In this document: piece after piece, positions 10,926 through 18,928 of the stretch
How positions within the stretch are numbered: position 1 is the stretch's first letter
Layout: the number at the start of each line of letters is the position of its first letter
Source of the DNA: Aridibaculum aurantiacum
GTDB taxonomy: Bacteria; Bacteroidota; Bacteroidia; Chitinophagales; Chitinophagaceae
Reading direction: 5' to 3'
Assembly: GCF_017355875.1 (NCBI RefSeq)
Contig: NZ_JAFEWC010000004.1
Location: 12,989-76,988 of the forward strand
DNA length: 64,000 nucleotides
The notes under the pieces: generated by a model
What the model was told of the DNA's origin: nothing
What the model saw: only the letters and a program-made list of their open reading frames with translations
The model's database searches: none
Translations under genes and position numbers: made by a program

Positions 10926-11675
10926 TTAGAAATCTATTCCGAACCACTTCCGCTTGTTTTGTTCATATTTCTCAAAATTGAACTTGTACAGTTTTCCCGG
11001 CCGGTGCGGAACATCTTCTTCATATTCTTCTATATCTATCAGGAAATCCATAGAGAAAAACTTCTTCCGGAAATTGCGGCGGTCGAGTGAAACGCCTAGA
11101 ATTGCTTCATAAAGGTTCTGCAACTGGCGCAGCGAAAACTTTTCGGGCAGCAGGTTGAAAGCTAATGGATGCTCCTGGATACGCTTCTGCAGCCAGCTGT
11201 AGCATTCATCAATAATATCCTTATGATCAAAAGCCATATCGCACAGCTGGTTCACCGCATGCCAGTGCAATTCATTATCTAAGATCTTTAACTGGTGGTG
11301 AAGCACATTTAACAGCGAACAGTAAGCAACTGTTACTACTCTTCCACCCGGGTGGCGGTTGGGGCTGCCAAAGGTTTTTACCTGCTCCAGGAATACGTCT
11401 TCCATGCCCGTACGCTGGCGAAGAACCCGGTACGCTGCCTCGTCCAATTCTTCTGTATCGTGCACTACATCACCCAGTAGCGACCATTTACCTTCAAAAA
11501 CTTCAAGATCACTGCGTATCAGCAGCACTTTCAGCTCATTCTCGTCAAAGCCAAAAATGACACAGTCTACAGTAATGGGAACAACAGGATAGGAATCAAC
11601 AAGTGATTTTGGATCTTGAATAAGTGGAGCTTCCTGTGGCATATCTAGTACGCCTGGTGATGGAGATTTATCCAT
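10926..11675 (-). CDS. Nudix-hydrolase-family transcriptional regulator (NrtR-like; Nudix domain plus C-terminal winged-helix-like domain)
   Basis: 249 aa. The N-terminal Nudix fold carries a degenerate Nudix box (GKWSLLGDVVHDTEELDEAAYRVLRQRTG). The C-terminal ~90 aa are of winged-helix type. The gene sits between divergently organised starch-degrading genes, as known for Bacteroidota NrtR-like sugar regulators. Confidence 0.55.
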   Translation of the reverse strand: MDKSPSPGVLDMPQEAPLIQDPKSLVDSYPVVPITVDCVIFGFDENELKVLLIRSDLEVFEGKWSLLGDVVHDTEELDEAAYRVLRQRTGMEDVFLEQVKTFGSPNRHPGGRVVTVAYCSLLNVLHHQLKILDNELHWHAVNQLCDMAFDHKDIIDECYSWLQKRIQEHPLAFNLLPEKFSLRQLQNLYEAILGVSLDRRNFRKKFFSMDFLIDIEEYEEDVPHRPGKLYKFNFEKYEQNKRKWFGIDF

Positions 11676-11730
11676 ATTGGCAATCGTTAGTTTCTAGAAA
11701 GGATATGAAAGTAGGATATTTTAAGATTAA

Positions 11731-11747
11731 TGTGTAAATGATACATA
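11731..11747. promoter_or_regulatory. Candidate operator palindrome TGTGTAAAtgaTACATA (imperfect)
   Basis: Second copy of the TGTGTAAA half-site in the regulator/pullulanase intergenic region. Confidence 0.35.
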
Positions 11748-11802
11748 TCATCAAAATCCTGGTGAACGCACATTTCCTTTACGAGTCAAAGATATCTGGT
11801 AA

Positions 11803-11820
11803 AGTGTAAAAGTTACACAT
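11803..11820. promoter_or_regulatory. Candidate operator palindrome AGTGTAAAagTTACACAT upstream of the pullulanase
   Basis: Inverted repeat GTGTAA/TTACAC about 30 bp upstream of the pulA start. It is the third copy of the motif. Confidence 0.45.
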
Positions 11821-11849
11821 TCATTTTATACTTTTATTTTCCTCAATTA

Positions 11850-13859
11850 TTGCTAATGATAACTTGCCTTGCCCGCCACACATTTTTGGTGGTATCAATT
11901 TTTCTCTATTGCTCTTTCAATATGATAGCAATAGCACAAGAACAAACAACGTATCCAGTTTATACCGGCTCCGATCTTGGGGTAACGTACCAACCCAAAG
12001 GCACCAAATTTAAAGTATGGGCACCCAATGCATCGGAAGTGGTGCTACGGCTGTACCCATCAGGCCTGGGTGGAACGGCAACAAAAACCATCAATTTAAA
12101 ACCTAGCACCAATGGTGTATGGGAAGTAGTGGCGGAAGGAGATCTGAAGAACCAATACTATACTTTCCAGGTAAAACAGGAAGGGAAGTGGTTGCTGGAG
12201 AGACCTGATATTTATGCCAAAGCCGTAGGCGCCAATGGTCTGAGAGGAATGGTGGCAGACATGAGATCTACTAATCCAAAGGATTGGGAGAAAGACAAAA
12301 GACCGCAGCAGAAGAGCTTTACCGACATCATCATTTACGAAACGCATGTACGCGACCTCTCCATCAGCCCCAACTCAGGCATCAAGAACAAAGGCAAGTT
12401 CCTGGGTTTTACAGAAGCCGGAACCAAATCACCAACAGGTGAAAGCACTGGTCTTGATCATTTAAAAGAACTGGGAATTACCCACGTTCACCTGCTGCCT
12501 TCCTTCGACTTTAGCACCATAGATGAAACGAAGCTGGAGCTAAATGAATACAATTGGGGCTATGATCCTGCCAATTACAATGTTCCTGAAGGGAGTTATG
12601 CTACAGATCCATATGATGGAAATGTGCGGATCAAAGAATTCAAACAACTGGTAAAAACACTTCATGATAATAGTATCCGTGTGATACTGGATGTAGTATA
12701 CAATCATACAAGCACTACTGAAAAATCCAACTTCAACCAGTTTGCGCCGGGTTATTACTACCGGTTAAAAGAAGATGGCTCCTATTCCGACGCCAGTGGC
12801 TGTGGAAATGAAACTGCATCGGAAAGAGCAATGATGCGCAAGTTCATTGTAGAATCAGTTGCATATTGGGCAAAGGAATATCATATTGATGGTTTCCGTT
12901 TCGACCTGATGGGTATCCATGATATTGAAACCATGAACCAGGTAAGCGAGACGCTGCATAAAATAGATCCTACCATTTTTGTGTATGGCGAAGGCTGGAC
13001 AGCAGGTGGCAGTCCATTGCCTGAAGATCAAAGGGCAATAAAGATCAACACGCCAAAACTGCAAAATATTGCTGCCTTTAGCGACGACATCAGGGATGGC
13101 TTACGCGGCCCTTTTAGCAACGACCGCGAAATTGGCTTTGTTAGTGGAAAAGCGGGCACAGCCGAAAGTGTGAAGTTTGGCATTGTAGCAGCAACACAGC
13201 ACCCGCAGATCAACTACCATCATGTGAATTATTCAAAAGCTCCATGGGCAAATGAACCGAGCCAGTGCATCACCTATGTTTCCTGCCACGACGACCATAC
13301 ATTGTTCGACAGGCTGAAACATGGCAACGAACATGCCTCGGAAGAAGCATTGATAAAAATGGACAAGCTGGCGCATACTACAGTGCTTACAAGCCAGGGG
13401 GTGGTTTTCCTGCATGCAGGCGCTGAACTATTACGCACCAAACAAGGTGTTGCCAATTCGTACAAATCGCCGGATGCCATCAACCAAATAGACTGGAGCT
13501 GGAAAAACAAGTACAAGAAAGAATTTGAATATTACAAAGCACTGGTAGCGCTGCGCAAAAATCATCCGGCTTTTAGAATGTCGACTACCAAAATGATCCA
13601 GGAGCATCTTAGGTTTCACGATACACACGACCCGCTGCTGATAAGCTACGAGATAAGTGGCAATGCCAACGGCGACAAATGGAAGCAAATACTTGTGCTG
13701 CTAAATGGAAATAAGCATGATAAACATGTCTCGCTTCCTGCCGGTGAGTGGACATTGGCTGGTGATGGAAATACCATCAACGAAAAAGGTATCAGGAAAG
13801 TAGAAGGTACAGAACTGACCATACCTGCTACCACTGCATATATATTGTTTGCACGGTAA
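11850..13859 (+). CDS. pulA: Type I pullulanase (GH13_14)
   Basis: 669 aa with an N-terminal CBM48-like region. GH13 motifs are present: DVVYNHT, GFRFDLMG, YGEGW, YVSCHDDHTLFD. Confidence 0.85.
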   Translation: MLMITCLARHTFLVVSIFLYCSFNMIAIAQEQTTYPVYTGSDLGVTYQPKGTKFKVWAPNASEVVLRLYPSGLGGTATKTINLKPSTNGVWEVVAEGDLKNQYYTFQVKQEGKWLLERPDIYAKAVGANGLRGMVADMRSTNPKDWEKDKRPQQKSFTDIIIYETHVRDLSISPNSGIKNKGKFLGFTEAGTKSPTGESTGLDHLKELGITHVHLLPSFDFSTIDETKLELNEYNWGYDPANYNVPEGSYATDPYDGNVRIKEFKQLVKTLHDNSIRVILDVVYNHTSTTEKSNFNQFAPGYYYRLKEDGSYSDASGCGNETASERAMMRKFIVESVAYWAKEYHIDGFRFDLMGIHDIETMNQVSETLHKIDPTIFVYGEGWTAGGSPLPEDQRAIKINTPKLQNIAAFSDDIRDGLRGPFSNDREIGFVSGKAGTAESVKFGIVAATQHPQINYHHVNYSKAPWANEPSQCITYVSCHDDHTLFDRLKHGNEHASEEALIKMDKLAHTTVLTSQGVVFLHAGAELLRTKQGVANSYKSPDAINQIDWSWKNKYKKEFEYYKALVALRKNHPAFRMSTTKMIQEHLRFHDTHDPLLISYEISGNANGDKWKQILVLLNGNKHDKHVSLPAGEWTLAGDGNTINEKGIRKVEGTELTIPATTAYILFAR

Positions 13860-13886
13860 CCTACATTTGCTGTCCAATCGTACCAC

Positions 13887-15992
13887 ATGTATTCAAAGGA
13901 ACAAGTAGTAGCCCTACAGAAACGCACGAAAGAGCTAATTGAGGCCAATCATACAGAGAAAGCATTCGAGATAATAGAGCAGCTGCGCGACATTCTCCGC
14001 TTTCACGAGTACCGATATTATGTATTGAACGACCCGCTCATTTCCGATGCAGAATACGACCAGCTATACAAACTGCTGGAGAAGATAGAACATTCGCACC
14101 CGGAGCTCATTACAACTACATCACCTACACAACGTGTGGGCAGTAGCCTGAACGCTGCTTTTAAAACTGTTCCGCACCTGGTGCCGATGCTTAGCCTGGA
14201 GAACAGCTATAATGCTGATGACTTAATTGACTGGGACCGCAAAGCAAGAGAAGTAGCCAAAAAAGACGAGCTGGAATATTGCATCGAGCCGAAGTTTGAC
14301 GGTGCCAGCATTTCACTTATTTATGAGAATGACCACCTGGTGCGTGGCGCCACCCGTGGTAATGGTGTAGAAGGCGACGACGTTACCACCAACATGAAGC
14401 AGGTACGCTCTATTCCACTGCACGCTGCCTTTTCTGAATATGGTGTGCACACGGTAGAGATACGTGGCGAGGTGATGATGAGCAAAAAAGCCTTCAAAGC
14501 TTTTAACGAACAACTGGCAGAACAGAACCTGCCGCCACTGGCCAACCCGCGCAATGCTGCTTCTGGTAGTTTGCGCATGAAAGATCCTAAAGAAGTAGCA
14601 CGTAGAAGACTGGAAGCCTTCCTGTACAACATCAGCTATCATACTACTACCGGAGAAGCTGTAGACAAAAAGAAAGATGCGCTGCTGCACACTCACGCCG
14701 GCAACCTGCAGATGCTATGGAATGTTGGCTTTCGCAGCCCGATGAACGAGATGAAGGTGGTGAAGGGAATACAAGCCGTGATAGACTACTGCAACGAGTA
14801 CGAAAGCAAGCGCGACGACCTGCCTTTTGAAATAGACGGCATGGTGATAAAGGTGAACGACCTGGCGCTGCAGGATGCAATGGGCATGACCACCCACCAT
14901 CCCCGCTGGGCTATTGCATACAAGTTCAAAGCAAGGCAAGCAACCAGCAAGCTGCGCAATGTAGAGTTCCAGGTGGGCCGCACCGGCTCTATTACACCTG
15001 TAGCTAAAATTGACCCTGTGTTCATTGGTGGTGTTACGGTTGGTTCTATCTCTTTGTTCAACGAAGATGTGATAAAGGAGAAGGACCTGATGATCGGCGA
15101 CACCGTGCTGGTGGAAAGAGCAGGTGATGTAATACCATACATTGTAAAATCATTGGCAGAGGTAAGAGATGGTAGTGAAACAAACATCCAGTTTCCTACT
15201 AAATGCCCTGCCTGTGAAAGTGAATTATATAGAGAAGAAGGCGAGGCTGTGTGGCGCTGCGTAAACATTGAATGTCCTGCGCAGGTGGTAGAAAGAATGA
15301 TCCACTTTGTAAGCAAAGACGCCATGGACATCCGCAGCTTTGGCGAAGCCAACATTCGAAAATTCTATGAACTGGGACTGCTAAAAGATATTCCCGGCAT
15401 CTACCAACTCGACTGTACCCGCATCGGCAGCCTGCCGGGCTTTGGAAAAAAATCAATAGACAACATACAAGCCGCCATTGAAGCATCCAAGCAACAAACG
15501 CTCAACCGGCTGATCTTTGCACTGGGCATTCGCTATGTGGGCGAAACAACTGCCAAGGTGCTGGCCAATACCGTAGACCACCTGCTCGACCTGAAAAACT
15601 ATAGCGAAGAACAACTCCAGTCGCTGGAAGACATAGGCGTGAAGGTGGCAAAGAGCATCCATACCTTCTTTAGCAACGAACAGAACATAGAGATGCTGCA
15701 TCAACTGGAGAGCTTAGGTGTGCAGATGAATAACACCAAGCGAACGGCTCCTGTAGCCGGTGGCTTAAGCGGTCAGACCTTCTTGTTCACCGGCACCCTC
15801 AACAAACTAAAACGTACACAGGCAGAAGAAATGGTAGAACAGCAGGGAGGGAAGCTACTCGGCAGCGTCAGCAGCAAACTCAACTACCTGGTAGTAGGCG
15901 AAGACGCCGGCAGCAAGTTGGAAAAAGCAAAAAAGATCAACACGGTGAAGATTATTAGTGAAGATGAGTTTTTGCAGTTGATCGGTGGTTAG
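13887..15992 (+). CDS. ligA: NAD-dependent DNA ligase
   Basis: 701 aa. Adenylation motif KFDGASISLIYENDHLVRGATRGNGVEGDDVT. Cys4 zinc finger (CPACESELYREEGEAVWRCVNIECPAQ). HhH and C-terminal BRCT (FLFTGTLNKLKRTQAEEMVEQQGGKL) domains are present. Confidence 0.95.
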   Translation: MYSKEQVVALQKRTKELIEANHTEKAFEIIEQLRDILRFHEYRYYVLNDPLISDAEYDQLYKLLEKIEHSHPELITTTSPTQRVGSSLNAAFKTVPHLVPMLSLENSYNADDLIDWDRKAREVAKKDELEYCIEPKFDGASISLIYENDHLVRGATRGNGVEGDDVTTNMKQVRSIPLHAAFSEYGVHTVEIRGEVMMSKKAFKAFNEQLAEQNLPPLANPRNAASGSLRMKDPKEVARRRLEAFLYNISYHTTTGEAVDKKKDALLHTHAGNLQMLWNVGFRSPMNEMKVVKGIQAVIDYCNEYESKRDDLPFEIDGMVIKVNDLALQDAMGMTTHHPRWAIAYKFKARQATSKLRNVEFQVGRTGSITPVAKIDPVFIGGVTVGSISLFNEDVIKEKDLMIGDTVLVERAGDVIPYIVKSLAEVRDGSETNIQFPTKCPACESELYREEGEAVWRCVNIECPAQVVERMIHFVSKDAMDIRSFGEANIRKFYELGLLKDIPGIYQLDCTRIGSLPGFGKKSIDNIQAAIEASKQQTLNRLIFALGIRYVGETTAKVLANTVDHLLDLKNYSEEQLQSLEDIGVKVAKSIHTFFSNEQNIEMLHQLESLGVQMNNTKRTAPVAGGLSGQTFLFTGTLNKLKRTQAEEMVEQQGGKLLGSVSSKLNYLVVGEDAGSKLEKAKKINTVKIISEDEFLQLIGG

Positions 15993-16200
15993 TGATTGGT
16001 GATTAGTGTGGTTGATAGGTTGATTGGTTGATTGGTTGAGTAGTTGATATGTTGATATGTTGATTGGTAGCTGCATAATGTTGAACAACCTCATTTTCAA
16101 ACTTTCAAATTCTGCTCATTTTCAAAATTTGCTTTCCCCCAAAATCCCCAAATCTCAAAATCCCAAAAATCCCAAAATCTAAAATCTAAATTCTCAAATC
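15993..16200. repeat. Low-complexity microsatellite-like block ((G)TTGATTGG-like, then AAAATCCC/AAAATCT-like short tandem repeats)
   Basis: Direct reading shows gtgattggtgattagtgtggttgataggttgattggttgattggttgag… followed by aaaatccccaaatctcaaaatcccaaaaatcccaaaatctaaaatctaaattctcaaatc. Confidence 0.7.
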
Positions 16201-16206
16201 ACCCCC

Positions 16207-16875
16207 ATGCTCTCCCCTTCCACACTACAATACCTGGTTGATCTGAAAGCCAATAACAACAAGCCATGGTTCGATGAGAACAGGAGCCGGTTAGACGCTG
16301 CACGCAACGACTTCGAACAGATGGTGTCGGAGATACTAAAGCAGCTGGCAGATGCAGATCCTGACATGGCACCGCTGGAACCAAAGAAGTGCATCTTCAG
16401 GCAGTACCGCGATGTGCGTTTCAGCAACGATAAGACACCGTACAAGCACCACATGGGCGCCAGCTTCGACCGGGGAGGTAAGAGCTCAGGCTTTGCCGGC
16501 TACTACTTTCATTGCGAGCCCGGCAACAACAGCATGGTAGGTGGCGGACTGTGGATGCCTCCCGCCGATGTGCTAAAGAAAGTAAGACAGGAAATAGATT
16601 ATTGCTACGATGAACTAAAGGCCATCACCGGCAGCAAAGAATTCAAAAAGACCTACGGCGATCTCGATGCCTCGCCAGAATACAAGCTAACCCGTGAACC
16701 CAAAGGCTACGAAAAAGACAATTCCGCCATTGAATACCTGAAGCTAAAAAGCTTCGTAGCCATCAAACCACTTACCGACAACGACCTCACCTCCAAAGGC
16801 ATCACCAGCAAGATCGTCAAAGACTTCATCGTGCTGATGCCACTGGTGAAGTTTATTAACAGGGCGATTGAGTAG
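16207..16875 (+). CDS. DUF2461 (TIGR02453) family protein
   Basis: 222 aa. The N-terminus QYLVDLKANNNKPWFDENRSRLD and the CEPGNNSMVGGGLWMP motif match the conserved-hypothetical DUF2461 family. Confidence 0.65.
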   Translation: MLSPSTLQYLVDLKANNNKPWFDENRSRLDAARNDFEQMVSEILKQLADADPDMAPLEPKKCIFRQYRDVRFSNDKTPYKHHMGASFDRGGKSSGFAGYYFHCEPGNNSMVGGGLWMPPADVLKKVRQEIDYCYDELKAITGSKEFKKTYGDLDASPEYKLTREPKGYEKDNSAIEYLKLKSFVAIKPLTDNDLTSKGITSKIVKDFIVLMPLVKFINRAIE

Positions 16876-16907
16876 GGACGGGATTACAGGATGCTTTTTT
16901 GGTATGA

Positions 16908-18917
16908 TTATTCTTCAAATCCCTCCTTTTTTGAGAGTTGTAGTATTCTTATTCCATTTTTTGCCTGCTTTACGGACATGCCCTTTCCTCTGCTTTCAAT
17001 AATACCTAAATTGTAAGAAAGCTTTCTGTCGAACGGGGAAAAAAGATTGTTCTCCTTCGCCCATTTTGCCAATGCAAACCAAGTTTCAGCTTTCACAGTT
17101 GATGCTTCTTCAATCATTTTAATTTCCTGCTCTGTTAATGCCTCTGCCTGCATGCCATTACCACCATACAGAACCAGATGGTTTTTTAGCATTCCTGTGT
17201 CAAAATGCTTATCCCTTAACGTCAGCCAACATTCCTGTCTTTTACACCACTCGGTAATGTTCATACCAGACTTTGAGGGTGACATTATATGTTCCCAGAC
17301 TACATCAATGAGGCGGTTGATTATTGCACGTAAGTCGTCATTTAATTCCTGCTGTTGCCAAATGGTTTCCAGATCAAGCTTCTGCCCTGTTTTGAAGGAG
17401 AGAATAGCAATGGTGTAAGAAACAACATTGGCTTTATAGCCTCCTAGCTTTTTTGCCGTTATCATTTTATCAATCTCATGAAATAAAATAGCTTTGGCAA
17501 TCACGTGATGGTACTGCGTCTTGGAAATTTCCACGTTGTGATCCGTGTCCTTCACAAACAACAGGAAGTTTTTTTCTCCTCCTTTACTGGCATCATGAGG
17601 ACGTTGTCGCCAGCTCATCTCATATTTTGCCAAATCTGTTTTATTAAACTTTTGCTTCTTTGGATACTCTACATCGAAGCGCTTCTGATCCTTCTTGGAA
17701 GGTATTCTTGAACGTTCGTCTAAATACTGTCCTCTTGTCCTTTCATAATACCACTTGCTTATAGCTTTTCCTCCACCAGTTTCCGGAACCCACTCACTCC
17801 TCGACCATTGCTCTAGAGAAACGTGATACTGCGAATTTGAACTGAAGTCCGAGTCTTTGATAGCTGTCTGGCTGTTTGCGAACCTTGAAATGCTGGGAAC
17901 TACGTCATTTAAACTGTTACCAGGTTTAACGACAGATATCTTCATCGGCACGAAAGCCCTAGAAAGGTCAATTCCCTTTTCACCGGAGGTGTAATAGATG
18001 GAAGCCGTTGTCTGGCCACCATTCACAATCTGCAGATTCTCAATTCGGTTCAGATAAGGGATACCTTCTTCATATATCACGTCCACTTTTTCCGCGGTGG
18101 TGGAAATGCCATTGTTGTAGGCGAAGAACATATCTGGCTGGGTCCTGATGGTTTCTCGGATGCCGTTATTCACCTTTGCCTTGAACTGCAGAAAGGTCCT
18201 TACATTTTTTTCCAGAAGTCCCTGCTTATACTGGCCATATATGTCTGCGAGAATCAGAGCAGGGAGAATTGCAAGATATTCATCCACTTTATCGCTCACA
18301 TTCTCCATCTGAAGACACTTCAGTCTGTAATTATAATCCCTTTGAAAATCAATTTCAATCTTCTGTTTTCCTGCTTTAATTAAATATTGCTGGTATATCC
18401 GCTCGATATCCCACAGCTCATAATCCCAAATAATATCGTTTTCCTCTTTATCCTGTGGTACAATGTGTGGTGAGCATAGCCCATTGGTAAGGACAAAAAC
18501 ACGGACGTTTCTGGAATAAGCTTTGGTATGCTGTATGATATCAATAAAATCAGACAGCTGTTCGTCTGGCTGATCAACTTTATCTCCAATAGTTCCATTT
18601 CTAACTGCCAGAAAGAACTTTTCGGCTTTGCTGAAAGCGTCTAGCACGTCTTTGTCTGAGATCTTCTGAATTCTTGAATCTTCTTTACTTAACGTGACAA
18701 ACAGATCAATAGCCTCATTGTCATCGTCATAGTCCAAGGCGTTAATTTTCATGCCTCTCACTTTGAAACTGCATACTTGCGGTTCAAGAATTTCACCGCA
18801 ATCTTTTATGTATTCCAAGATATCAATTGTAATTGCATCTTCTAAAGAAAGACTGTCAGTATCGACACTAATCATTACATTTTCAAGAAAGTCAGCTGCA
18901 AATTCGTCAAGTGTCAC
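16908..18917 (-). CDS. AIPR-family (abortive infection phage resistance) protein
   Basis: 669 aa. It has an AIPR-like N-terminus (MTLDEFAADFLENVMISVDTDS…) and carries the VNGGQTTASIYY (NGxQT) motif remembered as diagnostic for AIPR. It lies 11 bp downstream of the DUF1998 gene. Confidence 0.5.
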   Translation of the reverse strand: MTLDEFAADFLENVMISVDTDSLSLEDAITIDILEYIKDCGEILEPQVCSFKVRGMKINALDYDDDNEAIDLFVTLSKEDSRIQKISDKDVLDAFSKAEKFFLAVRNGTIGDKVDQPDEQLSDFIDIIQHTKAYSRNVRVFVLTNGLCSPHIVPQDKEENDIIWDYELWDIERIYQQYLIKAGKQKIEIDFQRDYNYRLKCLQMENVSDKVDEYLAILPALILADIYGQYKQGLLEKNVRTFLQFKAKVNNGIRETIRTQPDMFFAYNNGISTTAEKVDVIYEEGIPYLNRIENLQIVNGGQTTASIYYTSGEKGIDLSRAFVPMKISVVKPGNSLNDVVPSISRFANSQTAIKDSDFSSNSQYHVSLEQWSRSEWVPETGGGKAISKWYYERTRGQYLDERSRIPSKKDQKRFDVEYPKKQKFNKTDLAKYEMSWRQRPHDASKGGEKNFLLFVKDTDHNVEISKTQYHHVIAKAILFHEIDKMITAKKLGGYKANVVSYTIAILSFKTGQKLDLETIWQQQELNDDLRAIINRLIDVVWEHIMSPSKSGMNITEWCKRQECWLTLRDKHFDTGMLKNHLVLYGGNGMQAEALTEQEIKMIEEASTVKAETWFALAKWAKENNLFSPFDRKLSYNLGIIESRGKGMSVKQAKNGIRILQLSKKEGFEE

Positions 18918-18928
18918 AATGTTTGATT

